64,000 nt of DNA from Bugula neritina (taxonomy: Eukaryota > Animalia > Bryozoa). The DNA lies in NCBI GenBank assembly GCA_964035545.1, contig OZ037769.1:6243929-6307928 (forward strand), given 5' to 3'. This document shows positions 32,163-46,900 of this stretch, piece by piece. The notes under the pieces are model-generated. The model worked only from the letters and a program-made list of their open reading frames with translations. It did not search any database and was not told where the DNA came from. The position numbers and the translations under genes are program-made. The stretch's first letter is position 1. The number at the start of each line of letters is the position of its first letter.

Positions 32163-33914
32163 TTATTTAACAGCAAGCACATGTATCAACCTTCTTGTAA
32201 TTTTATTCAACACTTTTACCCTTTTTTATTGTTAGATGTAGTACGAATAGCAGCTTAAGATTGGGTCATTTTATTATTGTATGTTGAAAAGCTTTAAATT
32301 CCCAAAGGAATTATATCTAGGGTAATTGGGTTTTACACTAAATATACTGATATACTAGATTTACGCCATTTGTTTTAATCTCAAGTATAATACCTTATAT
32401 TAGTTATTTCCTCTACGGGTTTTTCATTAGAATGTATTGTTTGTATTTAAATTTCTTTATTTTTCATATGAATTCTTTTCTCATACACTCTCTACTTTGC
32501 ATTGATTGCAAATTCAACTTGTTGTTCTTGTTGGATTTCGTGTTGTTATGCCTAAAATATTATAATAAAATGACACATGTTGTGCAAACTGTAAACACAA
32601 CCATAAATATTATATTATAGCAATGCTAGTACTCGTGTCACGTAGTAAACATTGGCACTTAGCCAAACATCCTCTTAAAAAATGTTGTTGTAAGACACTT
32701 CGTAGACTTATGTCTGATTTTGTTATTTATGTTGATAAATCATAATCAGTTGATTTCCAATAGTATTGGTTAGTCATTAATCAAATTGGTCAAATTTTCT
32801 ATGACCAGTTATCATGGGTAATCGAATCATCAGCTTTAACGTGATATGGCTCTGCATATTATTCACTATTAAATTGTGTATAAATTAGCAAATGGTGCAT
32901 TAAATGTGTTTAGAATTATAAAGTCTTATGGCTAATTGCATCCAGAAAATGTCATTTTCTGTGTACACTGCATGATGTTTAAAGTCATATATTAGTATAG
33001 GTAACAATTTTTACAATTTTCAAAAATGCAAAGTATAGAAAGGAGAAGTTTCTGAACGATTAGCAGATGTTGAATTGCTTGAATTTGAATTGAATCCAGT
33101 GAATGTTGACTTCTTGTCTTAGTAGCTCACACCTTTCAGTTATTAGTCAACGAGAGCCATAGCAATAAGTATATATGCAATATGGGGGGGGGTGCACCAC
33201 GAACCTAATCAGTGGTACAGAGTGGCGTAGAACTCAGTAGAAAATCTGGAGCTGCAGATGGTCAGTATATAGTACATCGAGCTTAATCTTGTTTCTTTGA
33301 GAAGTAAAACAGCACCTTAATTAGTGGAATGTCAGATCTTATTGAGTTAATTGCTGAGAAATATCTAGTTGGCATGGAATCTTAATTTATGTTGGTTTTT
33401 AGACATTCTAATAAAAGTTGCGGTGTTTTGTACTTCTATAGCATCCAGGTTCAATTATGCAACTTTGACTGACTATTTACAACTAAAAATCCGATTATAT
33501 GTCGCAGAAAAACTTTTATCTTAACCTGGATGATCTCAAAGGCATATCTATACTTTTTACCTTCTTAAAATGTTCTTCAAGTCAAGTGCTTGTATGCATT
33601 AATATACGATCTGATAGCAGATGCAGAGCAAATATTTGTACATCAATTTATACAATATTCATTAGCCTATCATTAAAACATTAAAGTTGAAGTAAATACA
33701 CATAGATAAAAGTTTCTATTATTTCATCATAGACTTTGCAGTAGATGATACGACAGGCTGTATATTTTTATGATTATTATGATGTAATATAGACAAACAT
33801 TTTATTTATTCATGTCATTAGGAAAGTAAGCAGAACTAATGCAAAATTACTTCATTAAACAGTACACTTTTTTAACACTTCAATAATAATCGTAATTATA
33901 GAATTATAGTATGC

Positions 33915-33918
<4 letters not shown>

Positions 33919-33978
<60 letters not shown>
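33919..33978. repeat. (TA)n microsatellite
   Basis: Directly visible. Confidence 0.97.
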
Positions 33979-33984
<6 letters not shown>

Positions 33985-35839
33985 TATTAATATGCGGCTA
34001 CAATTACTTATGCAGGCTATAATCATTGCATATAGGCATTCATATCAATCTGGTTTAAACATTTTAAATTAATTTTTATTTTATTCTCTAACTTGAGTCC
34101 TCCAATATAAGTAGCCAGTGTTGCTTTTATTATAGGAACAGGGTAATACTTCTGTAAGATCTACAATTCTACATGAATACAGGCTTTCTAACACAAGTAC
34201 ATATGCCCAGGGTATGTGGCAACTATATTAGAACTTTAAAGACTGTAGAGCTGTGAAGTTATGCAATCATATAGTAGAAGTAGCTACAAATTGAAACAGT
34301 AAACATATCTATGTTGACCATTGTTTTAGTGCACTTGTTACCTGAGTTACCCGGTTACCTGAGTAAGGACAACAAATAAACCAATGGAAGCTTTAAAGCG
34401 CCATAAAAATAGATATAAAACCATCACGAAACCAGATAAGCTTTCTGAAAAAAAGCTCTTCATTATTTTACAATTGCGTAGAAAAATTCCTTTATGAATA
34501 AAAGAGGAATTGCTTAAAGTCACTCTCTTATTATAATACTGTTAAACTATTCAGGGATTTCAACCGTTAAATTAAAAGGTACATAAATATGAGTATAATA
34601 TTGTTATACATGATTGCAAATGTGAGGGTTATTTTAATTTTTAATTAATTTATGGGAAGAAAATTTGTATCTGCAATTAATTTAGGATTGCATTATAGTT
34701 TATATTATTAGTTTGCTATAACTTCTTTCTTTTGGTAAAACTTTAGAAAGTGGAAATTTAGCAAACAAAATCAGGACTAAATTACTCACACCGATGTTCT
34801 GATAAGGGCAATTTTTTACGATCAAACAGCTGACTTTTGTTAAGCACCAAACATTAACTGAGCATCTAATTAGGGCAATTTTTGGCTAGCCTTGTTATCG
34901 TCAAGTAAGTGTAACACCTGTTTAAAATTTTTTTACTAGATTGAATACAATTAAAATTAAATGGAGCTTTAAAATTTTGGCATTAAGAAAATACTTTTCA
35001 AAGTAATTTTTATCTTTCTTCAATTAAAAGCTATAATAAAATTAAATCTTCAAAAGTGGAAACTATCAAATAAATTATATTCAATTTAGTGATTATAATA
35101 TGATTACAGTAATTCTCTTGAGCTTATACATAATGCAACCTGATTAGTTTAGTTAAATTTGCTTTCACTAAAGCTAATCTTGTAGTTTAGTTTAGCTTGC
35201 CATTATCTTCTTAAGCTTATTACAGTTCTTATATTTCTCTTTGTTAAGCTATTTTTGCCTTTAATGGTGAAAACATAAATTCTTTTCTCGACCTGTGTTT
35301 TTGTTCATCAGCATTATCATTAGCAAAACTCATGCAATTAAGAAAAAGCTGTTTATATAAATTATTTAGCTTAAAACTATTTTATTGAATACAATATTTT
35401 AAAGATGAATTATTACTAATCTTTTATGTTATTTTGACACACCATTTCAGCTAGCTCAAGGGCTAAAAAATTAATGTTTTAGATCTAAATTGTAAAGTAT
35501 AGTTAATAGCAAATTAATTACATTGATTTATTTTTATCATTGTCATTGTTAAAGTTTTTATGTAATGATGTAGCAGAATTTAGCTATAGTTACTTACTTT
35601 TCAATAATACAAAATTAGCTGCCAACGCTACTGTATACCTACAAAAGCAATATATTGTAATATAGCTTCCAGTGCTTTTCTAGGAATTGTGAATTTGTGT
35701 AGTAGAATTTAATTAAGCTATAATTATTATATCGTCCGCAGCCCATTCAGGAAATGGTAAGAAATAGCAAGTATATTGGTCCTCTCCTCGAATTTACTTC
35801 ATTTTTAATTTAGGATACTCTTTATTTAATCTAAAGAAT

Positions 35840-36126
<287 letters not shown>

Positions 36127-37769
36127 GTGGTAGTCATTTTATAAAACATTGCATCATTCTATAAATAGAAGTTTTTAGTCTCAGCAGCTGCACTGCTTTG
36201 TGTTTCCACCAGTAACTCATACAACTTATAGTAACACTGGGCACTTCTGCGTTGTGATGTTTTAAGGAACTTACAGCGAAAATAACTCAGCCTAGCGGCA
36301 TTGCTTGTAAGATCTGGTATATTGCGGGCAGGTAGTGCTGCGATACTTTATGTGCTTAGCTCCAACATATAGCTTTTGCTTTAGGGAATTACCATTTGAT
36401 CCAAAACATTAAAATATTGAGTAGCAGACTTTATTTAAGATTATCTGCTCATTAGCATAATATATGCCTTTCCACGTGAGTTGTTGATCTTTTGAATGCT
36501 GCATAATCCCTCATCCTGCACATATGCTTGCAAAGAGCAGGTGGATCAAATTAATCAATCATAGCGTTAGGATTATCCAACAAATGTTAGCAATATTACG
36601 TCTACCAGCTAATAGCCTATTATACATCACACCAATTGCAGCATTCCATACTTCTTTACACTGTATCAATCGTTACATAGTACCATAACAATATTGCTTC
36701 TAATGGCAATAATAATTATAATATTATATTTTATTTAACTTTAATTAACTTTATAGTGATGGGGTGAAGAGAGAATTAACTTTAAAGTGGTTATTCAGAA
36801 AAAAACTGAAAAGTTATTCTACAAGATGATTGGCTTAACTTTAAATTCAAGAATTTTCTTAGCAATCTTAATTTTATTTCGAACAAAATCTCTTTTATTT
36901 CGTTCTTTTATTAGCATGATAAGAATGATATTGTTTACAGCAGGGTAGCCTATAGGCATAACCATCTTTTCTAAATTCATATTTTTACATTAAAATTCAG
37001 AGTATGCAAAAGTCTGCAAAAGGAGAAGACGACAGGAGACCTGGTGACTGGTGTCAACTGTCAAAAAGGATTCACATAACAAGTTTGTAACACTAGAAAT
37101 TAATGATAGTATATGAAATAAAAACTAACTTAAAATAAGAGCAAAATAGCCTTTGGTCTCTTTAGTTTAACCATTAATGTACGAGCTACAGAAGTTAAGT
37201 AACTTAGAAATTTAAACGTAAGTTGGAGTTGTTTTCTAAATAAAAGCTCTAGGAAATGATATGTATTGTAAAAATTGATCAAATAAAAACAATTGCAATC
37301 TATACGTTTTAATATACGAAGCCAGCTATTGTAAGGATACTATAACATGCTATAACTTTGAGTTGTACATGTAGCACTAGACATTCTGTAGGCTGCAGTA
37401 TATAGCTCTCGGCATAAACTATTATAAGGGTATAGTTTGCTACATGTTTATTAAATGCTTATTGCTTGTTGTACCTAGTTTGTTCTGTAGTGTCACAAAC
37501 ACCTTATGAATTTATAATTTACTTGCAGCTGGTTTCAAAATCTAATACTTTATAAAGCATTGCTACTGCTTTATTCATTATTTTCGAAAACTTTTAATAA
37601 TCAAATCTTCATAAATAAATGCCATAAGGTTGCATATTTAGTCCAGCATAACAGTACGTTATTGTGGTGTAATAATAACTTATAATCTGCTCATGACTTG
37701 CTAATCTAATGGCTAAAAATATCATATACTGTATAAACAAAAAAACGCTACTTTAAAACAGGAAATATA

Positions 37770-37930
37770 ACTCGCCATCCCTGTGAGAAACTCCTGATTT
37801 CTGTTAAATCGGGCTAAGAACTTATTCAGAAGCAACTAGGACTGGATGCTCTTCCTAACATCCCCAATGACCATTGTTGGGGCTGAACCCATCTCTTCAT
37901 GCTTAACTAGGCAAGCTCCTTAACCCCTAC
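37770..37930 (-). mobile_element. tRNA-derived SINE (family A), minus-strand diverged copy
   Basis: GACTGGATGCTCTTCCTAACATCCCCAATG is the reverse complement of the family core; CGCCATCCCTGTGAGAAA is the reverse complement of the 3' end. Confidence 0.8.
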
Positions 37931-40900
37931 ACGTTAAACATAATTTAATAATGTTGCTAAGTTTTGTTTTATTCATTAGCCAATATGATAGTTTGAAGAT
38001 TCTACTGTCTTTAGCACTGGTCTTAATTGCTATTATTTCTAATCAATATTGCAAACATAAACGCATAAATAACATTTTGTTGATATTTAACTTTATAGCA
38101 GTAGATACAGCACTTCAGAATAATATAACACAGTGTGTAAGTGAAACATACCTTTGCGGACAACTATATTAACCTTGACTTTGATCAGATCCTATTACTT
38201 GAAAGGTTTTTACTACAGCTTTCAACAAATGCATGGTTACTGCAATAGTTATCGTTGATTATCATTTTTATTATTGCGGTTATCAATATCTTTTATTACA
38301 ATATTTTTATTTTTTATGGTTTTGAGCCTTATGGGTAATACTGTTGCCTCATGACTAAAGTATGTCCTGTAGGATACATTATGTAGTTAGTATGTCACCT
38401 GAATTGAATAGGTATGTTATTGTTCCTTGAACAATACAATAAATATGTGCAACTTTAAATGTCATTTGTTGCTATCTTCCAGTTGCTTACAGTTACATAC
38501 ATTTGACCTTATCTGTAAGAGCCTTAGTATATACCAAGTAGAATGCAGTACAGACACCATTCCATAGTCAAACTATAGCACATAATGTAGAGTATAGGCT
38601 ATAGAAAATATTGATTGCCATTTACACTCTGCGAAAAAGTTGTCGGTTCCGCTTGGACTTTGATCAATGTACAAAGTTCCATGACAAGATATAAACATAT
38701 TGTTATATTGATGTAATTATAATAGGTTAGCACTTCAAATTGAAGCACCATGTGCAAACATAGATATTACCTTTCGAGTAGCCTATATTCTCAGTATATT
38801 CTATAACTCTTCACATTTATAGCATGTGAATTGAATACACAACTGATTGATAAAACTAGCCACGCTGCACGGGCTGATATAACCAATATATTGATAATGA
38901 ATCAAAATGTTATTATCATTATAGTTTAGTATATTTGCACATACCGATTATATTGTTTATGGAACTCTATAAAATTAAGAAGGAACACCTGTTTTGTTCT
39001 TGTTTTTGAAAACAATATTTTTGTGGAACTCGCAGAATTCTGTTGTGACAAGGTTTGTATGACAGGATGCTCTTCCTGTAGCCAGCCCTCTACGTTTACC
39101 TGCGTTTGGTATTGGCTGCCAGTTTGCTAGCTTGCACCTCAACAAGCCACTTTTATTCTTATTCTATATTATTCATTTAAAAGCTCGAAGCAATTGAAAC
39201 TTCTACAATATAAAAATTGATTAGAAATAAGCAACTAGCTGTATAGGTCTGCTGTAATCATTGTTTGGACTCCTGACTATCTATTATCTCCGTTGACGAT
39301 ATAAAGGTGATCAAGCCGAAAATCATTTTAAAGATTTACTTGAAATCTGTTTGGTTATTGTTTTAAGAAGCTCAGATAAGGAATGGGATGACGCAAGTTG
39401 CGTAGATTAGCAGATCTCGGGCTCTGAGAACACTAATGTAATCAAAGATGGTGCAACCTTGCAGCTAAGATTGTACCACTCAGCTGATGCAACTCACTTT
39501 GTAAACAGGTAATTAGGGTAATCTTTTCTACAGACACTCCCACTTTATGGAAATTCCAAATTTAGTTTTCTAAAGTTTTATTTATTACACACTAGCTAGT
39601 CTAAAATATGCAATCAAATTAGTTACATGCCATCTTATAAGGTTGTACGTGATGGCATGTAACAAAATTTGAAATATCAGGTTAGAAATGTCATAACTTT
39701 TACTGGCATAAGTTAATAATCTGTTTATAACCAATGAACTGTATTATAAAACAATATAAGATGTATATTGAATAATTAGTGCTGTGCATATATTACATAT
39801 ATAAAGCTCTGCATACAAGCTCTCTATGTAAGTGCTGATCTGTATTTAGAGACTCTACAATCTACATAACTTAGACTCTGCATATGCTCCTTATAATGCT
39901 TGGTAATACTTAGTTTATATAATATAATAAAACATACTTAAATTACACTCTAGAGTGATATATATTCCTCAGTACAATTTATGTCACAACAGAATGCTTA
40001 ACCCCATTAGATATAAGCCACAATGTACAGTAATGCCTGTTTTCGTAATTATTCTCATCTCTAATGAGACTATTTTTTTGAAAACATGCCTTAATGCTTA
40101 TAATAGCAGTTACGCAATACTAATTAATAGGCTTTAGATACACACTTGGAAGTTGTCTTTCATTTGCATTCGCTGATTCTCTCTTATTGATTAATAACTA
40201 GTGAGTAACACCATAATTATAATGTTGATATAAAAGGTTCTATAGTTTAGATTAGCTATACACAGAGTGTGTTTGATTTGTTAGTTATATCTCACCTAAT
40301 CTGCTGCATTAAATCATCTCGCACGTCACTAAAGCCTTAGTTCTTTACGCTAATTTGAAACAATGTGAATATAGCTTTGTAGAACATACAGGTAATACAA
40401 GCCAGGTTTAGTTCCCAGGCTACTTTGCTTGGGGTTGCTGGCAAATGTTACAGCTGATAAGCAGACCAAACACTCATTTCTTTTCGATTAAAAACTTGTT
40501 TTGTTTATTATACGGACTAGTGCAAATAGCTACAGTGATTCAAGTAATGATGTTTACACCTAGCTCACTCCTGAGGGGCAATAACACGCAACACGACTGC
40601 TTTTGGGTCATCCGAATGAATCCCACAAGGCAAGCAGCTGCCGTTATTAATCATTCATTTACTTTGTCAAGCCCATGCTATCAATAATAATAATTGTATA
40701 TAACGTATTGCATGTAGAATTAGTATTCGTACCTCCATTATTCATGTCAGAACTGTTCAACTTTGCACACCCGTGACCTCTAGTTCTGGAATTATAATAT
40801 CCAAAACATCCAAACAGCTTTTGATAATAATTAATAAAACTGAAATCATTTATTACTAATTAATAATATGTATGTTTTAAAATGAGCCTCAGCAAAAACA

Positions 40901-43900
40901 ATCCAATGTAATAGCAATAAACAGGCATGTAATATTTTATGTAAATATATTCTTGAAGTCAAAGAGCTGATCTAGCTTGTATACACATTATTATTATGTA
41001 TAACCCAGCTTGGTGTTTCCATTGCCAACAATTATAAAGTTCAAACAAGTAATTTGTTTGAAATATAAATAATTATTGTAACATCAATAAAAATTACTAT
41101 ATAATACATTATAATATTATCTTAAGCTTTATACATTTACTTTTAGCTAAAATATTATTATGGTAACATATTCCAATTTTCTATGCTTACTAAACAGATT
41201 TTTATGCTTAGCTGAAGCGATAAGAAGTATATTTTAATGCACACAAAATGTATAAACTTATTATACCTATCATGTACACAATTTCTATTGCTCCTTGTAC
41301 AGTTCATCTGAAAACTAAAGGAATTGAAACCAGTTTTCTGGAACAAACATTGCCTTTAGCATTTGTAACCGTGCAGCAGTAGAAATCCCAACGAGACAGG
41401 CTTTGCGGGTTAAACGGAGCTTGAGGTGTGAACATGAAACTATGGGCTTACTCTTGGGGTTTCGAGTTAGAAGTCACGTGAAAAGCTTTCATGAACTGCC
41501 ATGGTACAAGCAGTGCTTGCACGTGCTCCCGTGGCATTCTTGAGCCCGTGTTGTTCAAGAATTATTAAACTGGTAACAGTTTCTATTATGTGAATAATGA
41601 TAGCCTTAAAATGTGCTACCAGGGTAACCTTTGCAGGTAAATGTGAGGCTTTTATAGATGTAAGAGAGACATTCGTTGATCAGGTGTCCTTAAAACTAGG
41701 CATCAGCCTCTAACATGGTCCTAGAAAGTTCCATAAACTTATTTACTTTCTTTATCAATCAATAACCTCTTTAACTAATTTGCCATTCGTTGAGCATCTA
41801 TACTGCAAGTTATTTTATTATCAAGATGTGACCTTGCAATTTTTATTAAATTAAATTCGGGGCAGCCACCTATAAATTTAGCAACTCTTAATATGATATA
41901 CAACTTTCAGAGCTTTTAAATCAGTCAGCTCGGATCAGAATTTGCATTCTAAACTAAACAGTTGGAATCACTAGAACATCGTAAACAACAGCGGGTGGTT
42001 GGTGATGTTACACTTTCTATGAAGCTAGTTACGTGCAAAGATATCCACATTTGCTCAACCAAACACTGCTTACTTGCCGGAAATGAAACTATATTATTAG
42101 TATATAAAACAAGAAAACAACTTCAGTGTATGGCGGATGTCAAGCTGTGCACAAAACATTCTACAATAACAAAGCACTTGATAGGTCAGGGATGTGTACG
42201 CGCCTACTAATCAACAGCAAGCTTCTAAACAGCCAGTTTTAACCAAATATCTTTTACAACTTAAAAAGTCTTACCATTTCAGTAGCTTCCATTATATTTT
42301 TAGTATGAAAGAGACGATCGAAACGCTAAATTCACGAGAAGAAATATCCTATTTAGTAAAGCAATTTTTTGCAAAAGATATTCTCTGTGAATCATAACTT
42401 ATAATACTGGCCTGGTCAGCTTGCAGGCTCTAAATGATCTTGATTAATTAAATAACTGAATTTTGATGTATGTAGCGGTAGATGATAATCCTAGAAGCCA
42501 TATTAGACACTATTTGGGTAATTTGTCTGCAGATAAACATTTCTACTGCCCAACAGTCGCATTGCTAGCTTTCTGTTAATCCTTGGGACGTGATAGAAAA
42601 ATGTTCAATTTACACTACTTGAAGTTGCAACTTAAGAATGCTAAGATTTCACTTTAGCAAAAGCAGCTAAAAATAAAGTTAAAATTATATTGCTATGACA
42701 TCATCAATGGGTTGCTGTTCAAACAGATGAAAGCCATACAGTCATTGGTCATCCTAAAATCTTAATATCACCAATGACTACATGGTTTCATCTTTCATTA
42801 ATCCCCAGGTACTGTTTTATTCTGTCCTTATTATTAACCTCTGCGCTATAATTTTTTGGCAACCTTGATTAAAAATTGCTCTCTGCTAAAGTTAAAGGGT
42901 TGTCTTTTCGTGGCATGCTTCATTTTGTGTGTAAAGCATTTTTGCTAGGTTAGTGCTTTAATATTAAGGATAAATTAATTTGAAGCTCTTATTTAGAGAT
43001 TAATTAATGAAAATATTGATCAATGAAACTACAACTGGTGTACTTATTCAGTACCAACTTGAGGTCTTTGCCATGGGTAATTTCTAAATATTAAGCATGT
43101 TGGCACACATGTCTGAGAAAATATTTACTATTGCATTCATTCTCTTCTCCCCACAGTCTTCTGTGTGAACATGTTAAACAAATTAATGGACAATGACAAT
43201 GTTTAAGACATGTAATTCTAACAATACCATGGAGATTTGATAGAAGGCTGACTCCTAGCCTTTAAACTCTTGATTCCCTGAAGTCCCCATCCCCTCCCTG
43301 GAAGGTAAACTTTATTATATTATACATGGCTTTGTTGTTTGCTTATTGAACAACAAATAGCCCTTGAGAAAAGGCATTACTCATTGCCTGGTGTTTGTTT
43401 GCTGGGGGTCATGAATTTACCATGCCCTTATAGCTGATGATTAATTCAAAATCTCTAAGCAAATCTCAAAGCGCAGCAATATGGAAAACAGTTTCTAGTG
43501 CCAATCGCCTACTTATTATTCAAAAATTATTACAATTCATGCTTCGTTGCTTTAGTTTGCTTCTAACCGGTTCCATGTAGCTTTCGTGTCATGATAATAT
43601 ATCTAATGGTGAACAACCACAATTACGAAGATAAATTCTCTAGGCAATTTGTTAAGACATATTAATTACATCCATTAGAGAAAATCTCATTACTTCATGC
43701 CAAATATATATCTATTATATAAGAGAAAATCTTAGATTATAAGATTATGACAAAACAATAACCCTCAAGAATTCCAAAACTTAACAAAAAACATACTCAT
43801 GGCTAGCAAACATTTTTACCTCCTCTAATATAGTAAATGAGTGGATCATATATCTGAGTTAATACCACAAAACTATTTGTGAGTATCTGGCTACAAGTTT

Positions 43901-46900
43901 TGCATTCTCCCATACTATCCCAGGACATGCACAGGACATGCAGTTGGCATTTACTATGGCGCCATCTGTAATCCCAACCAACTGGGTGTGTTTGAAAACC
44001 AAAAAACACAACTTGACTCATTTCGTGTGTAAAAGCTTACTGGATGGAATGATATTTCGTGGTAAAGCTGAAGATATATCAGAAAATAGCCAAAGTAAAG
44101 GGGTTGCTCCTAAAAATTTCGTCCTCTTTGTTTCTTGCTAACTGAAGACCTATCATAGGCAGTGCAATAGCTCTTCAGTTTAAAAAAAGTGAGTAAAGCA
44201 TCTTGTTTGACAATATTCATTACTACATTTGTATTAAAAATATACTATACATAATATATATAGGCCAAATTGTATTTGTTGCAAAAGATTAAAGTTACGC
44301 GCAAGTGTAACATAATGACTTGGAAAATTAGAAATTTTACTACTAAAATAAAAGCCTCTACTTTGCCACTAGATTTTTACCTAAAATGTAGAAACATCTG
44401 TAAGTCTAAAAAATACATGGTTATTTTAGAGATTCAATTTAGCATTTTCTGCAAAATAATTGATAAATATTCCAATATTTAAAATGTCAACAAGATATAG
44501 AATTCCATGCTACAAAAACAAAGAACTTCAATCATTGTTACTGTTGCTGCACATCAAACTAAGGAAATGAGCTCTACAGTCTTTTTTTATGGTACAACAT
44601 CATTGATGGTGAAAGATTATACAAAACTGTGCCGGTTAGATGGCCAGCTTCCAGGTATATGTCCATTCTGTGAGTTGAGTATGTCTGGCAGGGCTACTGG
44701 GTTAGACAGATGTGTAGGTTTGGTTATTCTGTTTAATATCAATCACTATTTGTGGTTTTCTATTCAGCTTGCTCCAAACCAAGGGAGACAAGTCTAATGT
44801 GAGAAATAAAGCGGTGCCTGATTGCACATACATGCTAGGTTGATAGGTGAGCACTCGTAACTGCATGATGGGATGTGTTTGTACTCTCGTGGTTTGTCAG
44901 TTTACTTGCACTTTAGTACTTTGTATTCTGATTTGCCTAGGTTTCTTAAAATTTCATTAACGCCTAATCGGCTTTAGCTTGAGTTTTCATTATTTCTCAA
45001 TTTTTCAATTCATTTAGTTCAACGCTTGTATGAGCCGGTTGATTTGCCCAATGGTTCACCAGACCAGTATTTTAGTACGAAATTTAGTAGGGTACCAAAA
45101 TATCCTCTCCTAATAAGGGCTATGCTTCTAAACTTTACATTCTAATAAACAACATAAACATTCCTTGTTTACATGTGATCACATTAGCAAATAGGCTGAC
45201 AAGAAAAAGAACTAAACTTCCCTTCATTAAATTATGACTTTGGTGTCTTTTTTCGTTTCTAAAAATAAAATGCAGATCACCTTGATGAACTTTTCACAAA
45301 TTAAAGTGCAGTGCTTATAAAATAATTAAATTTGAAGTAAAGCAGTTAAATTTTTTTTTATAAGGCAACTTAAGTTTTGGCAGTTGTTTAACAAGCCCAT
45401 AGAATTAAATAAAATAATATTATATAACTAATAAAACAAACTACTTTTTAGTATGACTCAGAATTATCAAATGGTGCTTCTGTACAAAGTAATAAATTTC
45501 AACTGTCTCACTTTGGGTGGTACTTGTTATATTATGTTGCAATAGTAATCTAGCATGTTCCTCAGGTTTACACTTGCTCAAGATTCTGTGCCGTTGTAGT
45601 AAACATTTGCGAAATAAACTCCAGAGCTAATCAAAACTGAACTGCTGAATTAAACAGTCCCAGAGTAACAATCATGATGTCTGTGACAACTTGAACATAA
45701 CAGGAAACAGCCCAGGGAATGGGAAATTCTAAACTTTTACCAACTCATGGTTTTTTAGATGATTTTTAGTTTCTTGCACATAGTGTAAGAAATGCAAGCT
45801 AATAGAGTTTAGATGTAGTTTTTATAAGGTGATTATACCTTAGTATTGCATGTCTACCAACTGATGAGAAACTTGGGAAATGATGCAGCAAAATTCTCTT
45901 CATAACATGCAGTGCGATTATTAAATCCTTTTAGCTGGAGATGAAGGTCAACTAAGCTATCATTTCTCCTAAGTTCGTAAACTTTGCAGTTGATTGTCAT
46001 AAGTCAACTAAAAGCTATCCATCATTAGATATAATATATTTTAACATTTTTGGAGAGTAATTCTTATTTAATGCCTGGGAATGAGATTTCTCAGAAGGTT
46101 TTGCTATAAGGAAATAAATACTAATGATTTCCTGTGTGAATGAATCTATCACCCAATCACATTCTGATTTAGTAAAACTGGCATGAACTAAATAGATCTA
46201 TGTCATTATAACTACGTCTAGAACCACACTGCCATTAAGTAAAGCTCATCTAGGGAAATTCCTAACTACTTGGACATTAGTCAAGATTCATAAACGTCAC
46301 ATGTTACAGAATATGGGATGGAGAATTATTATGAGACAATGTCAATAAACTTATTAAGTTGTTAACTTAATTAAAGCTACAATGTGCCCAAGTTAAAGCC
46401 GCAAACAGAAATACGTAAGATATCCATATTAATGCAGATTAAATAAAAATCTTTACATGACGAAATAAAAACCAGGATCTAACTGAAGAAAAAGTTGTAA
46501 GTATGATGATAATAAAATCAGTAAAGTTTATTTAGGCTAGGGCCTAGGGCTGACACAAACCCCAACTAAACTCATAAGCATGCATACAAATTTCAAACTC
46601 TACTTCAGTAACTGTAAGCCAGTCACCGCAGCTTTGTATGCCTTAAAAGTACTCGAGAGAAATTATAAATATCTCAAGTGATTACAACTATAGCCATTGA
46701 ATACAGTTACTCGATGGCAAAAGGTTTGTAAGTTTAATTATGCAACACTTGGACTATTCGCAGGCACTTATTTATAAAAAATAAGACTAACAAAGAAGCA
46801 AAAAATGGTTGATCTATTTCTGAATTTTTATTTGAGCTTCTTACATTTTTTTGTGGTGCGCAATAGCTAAAACCTCCCACACCTACTTAGGGTAAATTTC

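Noticed and set aside
39368-39508. Candidate upstream PDE7 coding exon ending CAG|GTAATT
   Set aside because: The phase-1 frame needed to join 55521 has TAA just before the donor; at best a non-coding exon.
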